A DNA stretch of 64,000 nucleotides from positions 62,001-126,000 of the forward strand of contig NMRA01000659.1 of assembly GCA_002633005.1 (NCBI GenBank), read 5' to 3'. Below are positions 12,501 through 24,500 of the stretch, piece after piece (position 1 is the first letter of the stretch; every line of letters starts with the position of its first letter). Source of the DNA: Phoronis australis (lineage: Eukaryota > Animalia > Phoronida). Made by a program: the position numbers and the translations under genes. A model generated the notes under the pieces. It made no database searches. It saw nothing but the letters and a program-made list of their open reading frames with translations, and had not been told where the DNA came from.

Positions 12501-15500
12501 CTGTCCTTAACTTTAATGTGTTTTGTTGAAGTGAAACCTGCTGTTAGAATTTTGTCTTTTCCCTTCTGGCTGAATGTATACCAAACATTTTAATTTTGAA
12601 CGTGGCTGTTTTGAACTGTAGCTTGAAGAATTGAACAAGATCAAGATAGACCGAGTTGATCAGCTGGAGAAAGAATGGTACCAACAGATGGCAGAGTCCA
12701 GCCTGCTGAGCAACCAGGTTGGATCGGCTGTTATACAGTCTGAAGCTGTTCCAGTTGGCAGTGTTTTTGCATTGAAGTTTTTCTTTTGTTTCACGGGCTA
12801 ATTCTGTATCGTTTCTTTGCAGGGATGTCGTTTAATTGTTTTTGTTATGTATTGCTTTCTGTTTGGTTAGTTGTTGTTATAATTGTAATGCTGTATTGTG
12901 ATGAAATGATGTGATGCACAACAGACAAGTGGACAAGTGTTTATGTATTAGTATGATGAACCATTTTTAAAGTGTTGTCATTGTCCTCTTTTGTCATAAT
13001 CAGGTGCTGATGCGATGTGGTGTTGTGGCCTGTCATAGTGCATATTCCATGTCCAGGGTTCATCTCCAGACTACATCCATCACTCTTTGGTGGTTGTTGC
13101 TGCCACCATTCCAACCATCGACACAGACTTACATGTAGACTTGTGTAGTGTTCTGTCACTAGACTATTTACTCATTGTCTTGCAGGTGAAGGATCGTGAG
13201 ACGACTATCGACTCCCTGCGGCAGGAGATCGACTCGCTGCATCAGTCCATCAGGAGCCTGAAGGAGGAGCTAGCAACTAGAGATGGAGAGTTGCGGGTGG
13301 CTAAGATGAACTTACAGACAGCACAAAAACAGACTATACATCACTCGCAGGAGGTAAGGGGGTTGTTGTAGGAGCTGTTAGACCTACATGTGGTCAGGAG
13401 TGTTGTAGAAATGAATAGACCTACATGTGGTGAGGTGTGTTGTAGGAGCAATTAGACCTACATGTGGTGAGGGGTGATGTAGGAGCTATTAGACCTACAT
13501 GTGGTGAGAGGTGGTGTAGGAGCTATTCCTCTTACAGGAGGTGAGGGGTGTCATAGCAGCTACTCTCTATCTTCCTACTAAATGCTGTACAAGAGTGTAA
13601 AAGTAGGACTACCTTGTTCCTTTTGTTGTATTGACCCTGCCTTCACGCTGTGCTAACCTGTTGCAGGTGTCACGCTATGAGGAGACGTTGACTCAGCTAC
13701 AGGGTGAACTTGAACAAAGCCAGGACCAGTACAGGAACTGCCACAGTCAGGTATAATGGGGTTTTGCTCAGGTGTAACAGGGCTGTGTTGAAGAATAATG
13801 TGGCTTTGTTTAGTTTATGTATAGTGCTTACACTTGCTGGTTCTAATGTTACAAGTCATTGTAATTCACACGGATCTATCTTGTTGATCCTGCTTGGGGT
13901 CCATTCATCTCTGATCTACATTGCACTTTCTGTTGTCTTAGTTGATGGAACAGGAAAAGGCTAACCAGGAACTGAAAGTGCAGCTGACCACGGTCCAGGG
14001 TAACAACAAGGAGTCGATGGACCAGCTAGCTGAGAAGTCCCGCCAACTGGCCAGCATACGGCAGGAGTTGTCAAGGTCGCAGGAGCAGTCACAGGTTCTG
14101 GCACAGGAGGTACGATCTCATGATCATTTGTAGTTTAAGACTTCATACCAGGGTGTGCAAAGTTATACTGTCCTTGCAGTCTGCGGATCAGATTTTTTCA
14201 GGGACCCTGGTATGATTTTCCACGAGGTGTTGGGAATTTTTTATAGCCGGATCAAATATCATGATTTGTTTCAAATGTAGAAAATACAAAAAATTTGGTT
14301 TTATTTGATTTTTACCTGTCTTGTTTGCCAAACTTTGAGCACATATGTGTGTCACATAATTCACTGTTTTGTTAGCATTTAGTAAGAACCATACAAAGCT
14401 TGGGACATTCAGAGGCAGTATATAAAATTTTGTCTGTTACATGCGGGTAGAAAACCTTTCAGCAGTTCGATTGATACCAGGGCCTAAGACTGCCACATTT
14501 GACGTTTTTGTAGTCTCCAACCCAAAACTAATGTATAGTTTACCACGCAGGTTGCGCTGCATGAGGACAAGATGCGGCGGCTGAGGCAGGAGTTGAGAAA
14601 GGTTCAGGAGAACAACAGAGCATCTGAAGAAGAGGTTGGTGCAGAGGATGGAGAGACAGAGTGGGAGGGGGGTGAAGGGGATGGGTAGACGTAGTTACTA
14701 GGTGGAAATGTCTGAAGAGGGGGTTGGTAGGGCGGACAGGTAGAGTTAGTTAGATGGAAAGTTATGTTCTTGCGCTCGTCATTTGTACAGTGTGGCTCCT
14801 TTTCCTTTTTATTTTTGCAGCACCTTTGCATGCCCTTGATAATATTACAACATTTAATAATGTAGTGTACCTGACAAAGTCAAACTGAGAATGATAAAAG
14901 TTCATTCGTAGTTTTTCACCTAATTCTCAGCATCACCCGTCAGTTTGAAAAGACAAATCATGCCAGGTGAAGTAGAATCGCCTGTCATTTCGGTTGTTCC
15001 AGCTTCAGGCATACGAGGCACGCTACCGTGGTCTGATGGGCGACCTGAAGTCTGCGGAGGAACGTGGCAAGATGGCGCTACAGGAAGTCTCGGTGAAAGA
15101 AGAAGAGGTTATGATGATGAAGATAGAGTTGCAGTCGACGCACGACAAATTGAGGCTCAAGGCCAACGAGGTATACCGGCCATTGTGGTTAGAAGGGGAA
15201 CTTTTTTCAGAATCAACGGTTTTCAGTGACATTGTCACTGAGTATTGGGAAGGCTGCCCGTTATGATAGGCAGTGAGACCGGATCAAAATGAGGCAGTTG
15301 CGTTTTTAGTGAACTACAGATGGTGATGCTCTATGCAACCAGATGAAGGTTTGCCTGCAGCTGAGGCAACTTTATTATGTTTATTATGTAACTTCTTAAA
15401 TTTTTCTTGGACAACTACACAAAGATTCGCATACAAGCAAAAACATTGCCTGATTTACATAAATTTTCTAAATTTTTGTGAGATCACAGAGTCAATTTTA

Positions 15501-18500
15501 CTGTCTTGTAAGTCGTGGAATTGTTGCAGTACTAGTGGGAGAGTCATTGGGGTTAACTAACGAGTGAGATGAGGTGAACAAGTGGGATAATTATGGTGCT
15601 TTGAGCATTACAACCAAACATGGCAAATGGGGAACGAAAAATTTATTACATTTTCTGAAATTAAATAGTTTGTAGTAAGAATTTTCAAAAACTGTTGAAA
15701 AAAGTAAAATAGAACCCCTGCATTAAGTTAGAAATGTTTACAACTGATGAGTGAAAGATGATAAATTTATCTGACAACACTAGGTAGTGTATACTCACTG
15801 GTCTCTTAAGTGGAAAGAAAATGTTTGTATCTCTGACACACGATAATTTTACATTTCTGAGGCTAAAAATGTCTGTCACTGTTAGAGGATTTCCTAGCAC
15901 TTAACGGGTCGCCGTATGGATGGTATTTGTGTCATTCTCCAGGTGGAGTCGCTGTTGAAAGATGGCGAGGTGATGAAGCAGAAGTATGAGAGTGCCACTG
16001 AGGAGATCACCAACCTGAAGGTGGCGCTGGAGGACAGTCGTGTGAACAGTGATCGTCTGCACAAGGAGAGTGAGCAGGTGGTGCATAATGTGAACAGCTG
16101 GGTGGAAGAGACCAAGTGAGTAGTCTGGGGGGGAGGTGTAGTGGGTGGAGGGTGGTGATGGGGCATAGGCGTGTGTGAACACTAATTGACATCAGGAGAA
16201 TGAGCAAGTGATGCAAAGCACACATTCATTCTCTGGATTGTCTGCTGCATCCACGGAATTGTGGTTTTAACATGTAATAAAATATCACAAGAAGTTATTT
16301 TTTCTCAAATTACTTAATTTAAAAACAACAGCTACAGGCTACTTTCCGTCAAAGAAATGTTGAATTTTTATTTAGACAACTTACCATTGTGAAACAGCCC
16401 TCAATTAATTTTGTTTCTTACAGAATGATGAAAATTGGTTTGTGNATGGAGGGGTTGGTGAAGGGCATGGGTAGAGGTAGGTGGAAATGTGTGAAGAGGG
16501 GGTTGGTAGGGCGGACAGGTAGAGTTTAATAGATGGAAAGTTATGTTCTTGCCAACTATATTATTCACATGCTTCATTGCGCTCGTCATTTGTACAGTGT
16601 GGCTCATTTTTGCTTTTTATTTTTGCAGCACCTTTGCATGCCCTTGATAATATTACAACATTTAAATGTAGTGTACCTGACAAAGTCAAACTGAGAATGA
16701 TAAAAGTTCATTCGTAGTTTTTCACCCAATTCTCAGCATCACCCATCAGTTTGGAAAGACAAATGATGCCAGGTGAAGTAGAATCGCCTGTCATTTCTTT
16801 TGTTCCAGCTTCAGGCATACGAGGCACGCTACCGTGGTCTGATGGGCGACCTGAAGTCTGCGGAGGAACGTGGCAAGATGGCGCTTCAGGAAGTCTCTGT
16901 GAAGGAAGAAGAGGTTATGATGATGAAGATAGAGTTGCAGTCGACGCACGATAAATTGAGGCTTAAGGCCAACGAGGTATGCTGGCCATTGTGGTTAGAA
17001 GGGGAACTTTTTTCAGAATCAATAAATCGGAAGCATTGTGAGGCTCGATCATTGTAAATCGGTTTTCAGTGACATTGTCGCTGAGTACTGGGAAGGCTGC
17101 CTGTTATGATAGGCAGTGAGACCGGATCAAAACGTGGCGGTTGCATTTCTCTAGTGAACTACAGATGGTGATGCTCTACGCGACCAGACGAAGGTTTGCC
17201 TGCAGCTTAGGCGACTTCATTTTGTTTATTATATGACTTTTTAAATTTTTCTTAGACAACTAGACAAAGATTTGCGTACAGGCAAAAAAACATTGCCTGA
17301 TTTACATGAATTTTCTGAATTTTTGCGAGATCACAGAGTCAATTTTACTGTCTTGTAAGTCGTGGAATTGTTGCAGTACTAGTGGGAGAGTCATTGTGGT
17401 TGACTAACGAGCGAGATGAGGTGAACAAGTGGGATAATTATGGTGCTTTGAGCATTACAACCAAACATGGCAAATGGGGAACGAAAAATTTATTACATTT
17501 TCTGAAATTAAATAGTTTGTAGTAAGAATTTTCAAAACTGTTGAAAAAAGGAAAATAGAACCCCTGCATTAAGTTAGAAATGTTTACAACTGATGAGTGA
17601 AAGATGATAAATTTATCTGACAACACTAGGTAGTGTATACTCACTGGTCTCTTAAGTGGAAAGAAAATGTTTGTATCTCTGACACACGATAATTTTACAT
17701 TTCTGAGGCTAAAAATGTCTGTCACTGTTAGAGGATTTCCTAGCACTTAACGGGTCGCCGTATGGATGGTATTTGTGTCATTCTCCAGGTGGAGTCGCTG
17801 TTGAAAGATGGCGAGGTGATGAAGCAGAAGTATGAGAGTGCCACTGAGGAGATCACCAACCTGAAGGTGGCGCTGGAGGACAGTCGTGTGAACAGTGATC
17901 GTCTGCACAAGGAGAGTGAGCAGGTGGTGCATAATGTGAACAGCTGGGTGGAAGAGACCAAGTGAGTAGTCTGGGGGGGAGGTGTAGTGGGTGGAGGGTG
18001 GTGATGGGGCATAGGCGTGTGTGAACACTAATTGACATCAGGAGAATGAGCAAGTGATGCAAAGCACACATTCATTCTCTGGATTGTCTGCTGCATCCAC
18101 GGAATTGTGGTTTTAACATGTAATAAAATATCACAAGAAGTTATTTTTTCTCAAATTACTTGATTTAAAAACAACAGCTACAGGCTACTTTCCGTCAAAG
18201 AAATGTTGAATTTTTATTTAGACAACTTACCATTGTGAAACAGCCCTCAATTAATTTTGTTTCTTACAGAATGATGAAAATTGGTTTGTGAGTTTGAAAA
18301 GAATTGATAGTTGGCTATAGCTTGAAACCATACTCAGTACAGAAAATGGCCTACCGTGACCATACTCAGTGTAGAAAATGACCTACCGTGACCAACTGAC
18401 TTGTAGAGCCTGTTTTCAAGCAATAATGAAATGTGTGTCACTTCTCTCCAAACCGAGAAATCACTTCTAAGCTAAAAAAAACCAGTTGCATAACTGTAAA

Positions 18501-21500
18501 TGGTTTTAATCAAGAGGCTGGTTTGCGAGGCTTTAAAGGTGGCATTCGTGCAAGATTTGTATTCATTTCCTGCAGATTGACATTCATTTTGATAGGTTTG
18601 AAACTCACAATAAATATTTTTTGTTTTTTACTTAAAGTGGATAAGTGAAGCAGACTCTCTGCCTGAAAATTTTGGCCACGTGTTTAGTTCTTACACAAAT
18701 TTAATTTCATGCATGATTTTGCCTTTTCTATTCAAAAGCACAAGTGCACAATCATATTAACTGTTTTTTTAATGTGACTATTATTACTCATTATTCATAT
18801 CATGGTCAGCTATCATGTTCATTCTCTTCTAGACAAACTAATGAGAGGCTTGGATTCAAAATCCGTGAGCAGAGCAAGGCCATCGTTCAGTTGACGGCAG
18901 AGAAGGAGTGAGTACTAGTGACACCTGTTGGAAATGTAACCCTGTTGTGTGTATTGTGCTTTAGTCAGTTATGATCATTCTCAAGCAGTTAGTGATGGGC
19001 AATGAAGGTTCAAAGCAGATTCATCAAGTCTCATGGTTGGACCGTCTGCTTCTTCCAGTGTCAACTGGGATACTTTTCCCACTGTGATCTGACGCAGATT
19101 GGTACATCGAAGTTTCTTTAAATTTGAACAAAAATAATGGGCCAAATTTTTTTTTCATTTTTCAAAGTAACTCTCTGTATTGCGAAAATGTTAAAATTTC
19201 ATTGTGTTTTTATTGGTGAGAGCCGTACTATATAAAGTTTTCATACAATCAAGTAAAATTGTCTTGTTGTTTATTCTTATTGAAGATTTTCAGAGAACAG
19301 ATTTTACTGTTCCGCCATCCTTTTTATTTATTTGAAGAAATTTACCGTAAGTTAAAATGACAAGTCCCGTGAGTCTGACCTTGACACCTGCTGAGTGGAA
19401 GGCAATTCCAAGTAACTTGTTAAGTTCAATATTTTTAGTAACCACAAATTTGACTAATTGAGGTTGACAAGCAGGTGAGACTTGAGTGAGACTGTTATTC
19501 ATTGCAGCCATATGGCGGAACAAGTGGATACGATGAGCAAGGCCAAGAGTGAGCTGGAGATTGAACTGGACCAGCGCCGTGTCGAGTCGGAGCGCTACAA
19601 GGCACTGCAGAGTCATTCTAGTCAGCAGCAGATGTTACTTCACCAGCTGAGAAAGAGGCTAGAGGAACACGAGTGAGTGGACGGTTCTCAGTCTACGCTG
19701 GGTTATCGGCCGTCGACAGTCGGTAGATAATGTACCAGTCACGTAATTAGCCTTGCGCAATCATGTAATGAGCGTTCAACTTTTGCACATGGTGTTTATA
19801 GCTTCTTACTTCTGCTGCAGACATCAGGGTCCTGCTAATGATATGAACGTTGTATTTAACAGATTCTAGGGTGTGGATAGGTGGCATGGTGGTGTGTAGG
19901 AATTATGTGCTACGACTTCTGTCGCTGGCTAATTGCGTACGAGTAAAGATGGCGTATCAACAATACTATGTACTGACTGGGTTCAGCATTGCTGGGTCAA
20001 GAATTGTTTCTTGGATTTTGCAATTTCGATGTGGGAAATGTACCAGTTGAGGTCATGCGGTCGACCTGGCTTTAAATCAAGTTTCAAACTGGGTAATGCT
20101 AAATGCTTAGTTAATTGAAATGACACATGATTATATTCTAGAGTTGATTGTCATGTTTGGGCTTGGTGTTGAATATTTTCAGATTTAGGTGATAATTACC
20201 TAGAAATTGCCCAGTTTATGTACAATTTGTGATGGTTTTGTTTATAGCATATAAGTTCTTGGAAACAATGCATTCGCAATATACTTAGCAGAATCTTGAT
20301 GTTCCATCGTACCATTTATCCATTAATCATTATGGTGATGTGGAGGTGACACATTATGTTGACAATTTATACCAAACATGTGACAGACAATTACTCAGTT
20401 ATTTAAAATGAAAGCTTTGATTTGAAGCGTGGTCTTTCAGCAGCGTATGTTTTAAGTCATGTAAAAATTCAAGGAAAACGTTTTGGAAACTTTCTGAGTC
20501 CAAGGCGGAGTTTCCGTAGCAATTCAATGGGCAACACATGGACGAAGATCTTTGCTTGGGTTCCAGTTTGATTATAACTGACACTCGAAATTCACTTTAT
20601 AGAACTTAAAGCTCAACATAACAGAAAGTAAATATAAGATAATTAAACCACAAGTAATACTTTCTGACTTTGTTTCTTGATACTGAAAGAAGCAGATAAA
20701 AGCAACAGAAAACCTGTCAGAAATTTTAAAACGGCATGTTTTTTACCTGAAAATTTTGGAAGTTGAAATTTTAGACCTGGGGAATTTTTCCTGCGTGGAA
20801 GGCTGACTGGGTAAACATTGACTGCTCCCTTTCAGCCCCGACATTTTCTTAAATGTCTAATATAATCATAACATACAGGAAGCAGTTATCTGTTATATAT
20901 GGTTATCGGATCCTCGACGACAACCATTTACAGTTTAATCTGCTGTACAGGGCTCTGAGCTTTGCTGTTTTGCTGTTTGTTATCCACGTTACTTTACCGT
21001 CTTCAGGGCTGACCATGAGCAAGAAGTGAACACCAAGCTGGCCACCATCGAGGATCTCCACCAGAGACTGAGAGGCAACATAGAGATAGTGCAACAATTG
21101 AATGACCAGGTAGGCTTGTCCTCATGCTGTCAGTGATCCGGATAATTTAGTTCACATGGTAGCACAGTCAACCAGAACACCAGGGTTACACTTCAACTCA
21201 GTCAGTTGGATAATTGGGTAATGGGTGGTTGTAATAGTTTATCCATAATGGTTTGCTGTTGGGATTACTGCCAAATTATATGCAAAGTTTTCCATGTCGA
21301 GAAGGAGTTAACACCAGTTGATTTGTGGATGGCTGAGTTGGTGTTTTCAATAATGTTTTCATTTTGCTCGTGTTGCTGACATGGTCTGTATTCTTGTGTA
21401 AAATGCCCAATTTATGTAGATGTCTACAACTGACCGATTTGAGCTTTATAGGACACTAACACGTTCATTTTGTTGGTTGGTTGCAACCAAAGTGTTGTCA

Positions 21501-24500
21501 GTTTGTTGTAAAACAATTCATGTCATTGTCCCGTTTTTTGCTCACAGTTGACCGCACTTCAGAAAGAGAACATGCGGTTCCGTGGCGACATGGAGCGTGA
21601 GATCGCCCAGCGACAGTCGCTACGGCTGCAACTGGACAGCAAAGAACAGCTGATCAACAGTCTCAAGGTGCAACTGGATAACAGACTACCTAGTGATGCA
21701 ACTTCCGCGACTTCGCCTGCGTACAGAGGGGTGAGTGGTCAGCTAGGGGTCAGTGAAAGGTCAGGGAGGGTCATTGGAGGTCAATAGAAATTTATGGAAT
21801 GGTGGTATTTCAGTAGAGGTTTTGTTAAGGGGTCTCCTTAAGATCAATGTGTGGGTTATTGAAGGTTCACTGACAGGCATTGAAGAATTTTGCCGGTAGC
21901 TTGTTATGGATGAAGGAGCTGTCTGGAGGAGTTTAGCTTGCTTTGGTCAACTATGAACCTACTGATGAATTGTGGGGAATCAGCTTGATAGTAAGTGATT
22001 GTGATTGATCTGTCTGAAGTATCTTAGAGAGTTTTCTAGTAAACAATTAGCTAATGGCAAGATTATTATTCGCTAACCAACAATTTAATTTTACTGTCTG
22101 AAAGGTCATCATTTGAAATTGTGTTCATTGCATTTCTTTGGTTCTTTTAAACTGCAATTTCCTAACTTATTTCATTGTAGCGTGGAGCCGAGTCATTGGT
22201 AGACTCTGCTTACATGTCTGTCAGATCAGCCAGGAAATATGAGAGGGTGCGTTACTTCATCAATGTGTCCCTGTCCCATCAACTAATCAGCATTCTCAAT
22301 CCGTCTTCAATTGGGTTTTGATTTCTGAAAAAAGGCTCAGTGTTCACGCTAAGTGAAAACTTATTTCTTGTGACTTGCAAATGCAATGGGTTATTTATGG
22401 TCTTTGCTAGACTTGGTTTAACCCGATTGGATGAGTATTCTCATGGCAAGCTCCAAGATAGCTATGGTAAAAGTACTCACGGAGTGAACAATTAATTATT
22501 TTGCTTACGGTTGGAGCTTGTACCAAATTCTAGAAATTGTCAATACCGGCCGTCCCAAATTCAAGAATGATGATCAGTGACATACAACAGATGTTAAAGA
22601 CTATGGGACCGCATGAAAAGCATTGCCGGCTATTTTCAAAGATTTTATGAGCTGTCAGTTCTAATTTCGGACTCCATTAAAACAGAATGCTACATCTGTT
22701 AATTGAAAGTATTACGAACACTATAATCAAGAAAATTCGGATTGAATTTCAGTGCCCAAAAATTTTAGAGGTTGTCCGAAATTGGAGAATATTTACAGTA
22801 TACTGTATTGTTTTCAAAAGTGTTGATACTAACTTCTCCTCAGACTTGGTTCAACATTGAGAATGTCATCTAGCTGTCGTTACCTCCAGATTGCATTCTG
22901 TCCTACGATGTCTAGTTCTACCTCTTATTCTGTGCATTTACTGCGGCTGTAGAAAGATGTTTACCTATGTATGCTTCCTTAGCCAGTAGTTTTACACCAA
23001 CTCTTAGTCTCCCCCTGTGACGCCAGCTTGCATGCATGCCGTATCATTTAGTGCATCTCTCTATGTTATACCAATACTCTCGTGCTGCCTAATGGATAGC
23101 ATGAGTGCTGTCGGTTCTTCATAATTTAGGGTATGTGAAACTAGCACCCAAAATACAAAACATAATTTTACTAACTATCAGTGTATGTCTATCAGAAGAG
23201 AAGATTCTACTGGAATGATGACTTGTGCTTGCTTTTAGACTAATTGGGCCAATGATTTCATTTCTCACAAGTTCTCTACTTGGTTCTCCACACTAAGTTG
23301 AAATGCATCCTAACTGAGTTAAAATCATGGTGATCTTGCACTACCAATTTCTAAACTCAGGTGAAATCTTCAGGGGTTAACCCTTGGAGCACCAGCCTCT
23401 GTGGAAGTGTTACAAACTGATCAACACATCTCTTGTATTATGGTGTTATACACAACCAGATTGGTGGTGTTTGGCATACTGTTGTTCAGTTGAACGTTTA
23501 CTTCAGTGTCTGCTTATGTGAATACGTGCAGTCTGTTTTTGCTGGGTCAGCCTTGACCAGTATTACACTGGTGAGCTGAATTTTGACAACCACCATTACG
23601 AATCCTAAATCCCTAATAAGCCATAAAAATTACAAGATTTCTCACAAAACATATGTGCCTGTCAACTATCTAATAACTGTCGATTGCATTCTGACTTTAT
23701 GTTACTCAGTTCCGCATACTCATGGTAAACTGCTAGCTGTTTTTGATCATATGACTGTAATATGTATTCATAATGCCAGTCATTTTCTCTAACAGGTTGT
23801 TGATGGTTTGAGTTACCTCATGCCAATATGACACTTTTGTAGCAAAACTTTGTTTCCTTCGAGTTACTCATTTTCAGACTGAGGAAATGTTGCCTTTTGT
23901 TTACGTTGAGTGTGATGTTCTAAAAAGTGGGTGTGTTATAATGCCAAAAGTGGGTGTGTTATAATGCCAAAAGTGGGTGTGTTATAATGCCAATTCCTGC
24001 TTTAAAAGTGGATCGTGTGGTGTGATTGCAAGGGAGAATGACGTGTGCGCAGCCACCACATCTGTCTGTGTGTCTTTGCCACTCATTTGGACGTTTTATG
24101 TAATCCGATCTATTACATTTATGAGATGTATGTTTCAGAACTCTGCGAAGCAGTTCTGTGTGTATTACATAGTTTTGGTTTCATTGTTAATTACATTGGT
24201 TGAACTACTGTACAGTGAACAACATTTGGCACAATGCCAGCAGTCTTCAGCCATGAAGGCTTTCAAGTCACCCGCTGTAAAAAGAAAATCTGAAAAACCG
24301 CCCTCAAATAGAATAATGGGTTTCATTCTTTGAGTGCTCTCAGTATAAATCAACAAAGCTTCTCATGATTCACTCCACACTGCGTCAATCACTATTGGCC
24401 GTGATATTTGATATTTTGGAAAGTCCTCCTCTTGTAACTTTGCTTGTCGATTTTTACTCATTTTGTTGAGTTAGAACAGAGCTGACAGCATGCATTGCTA

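Larger units (their letters stand above)
14660..18290 (+). repeat. Tandem ~1.85-kb duplication (14660-16444 / 16446-18290) joined by a single N; probable allelic assembly duplicate
   Basis: Both copies contain the same two exons; offset 1846 at the 3' end; N at 16445. Confidence 0.9.

Noticed and set aside
13367-13551. 37-bp repeats resembling CRISPR repeat length
   Set aside because: Head-to-tail with no unique spacers, intronic, eukaryotic context, no cas genes.
363-19616. Minus-strand ORFs overlapping coiled-coil exons (e.g. 363-683, 3207-3548, 15894-16182, 19290-19616)
   Set aside because: Antisense shadows of the codon-biased + strand exons.
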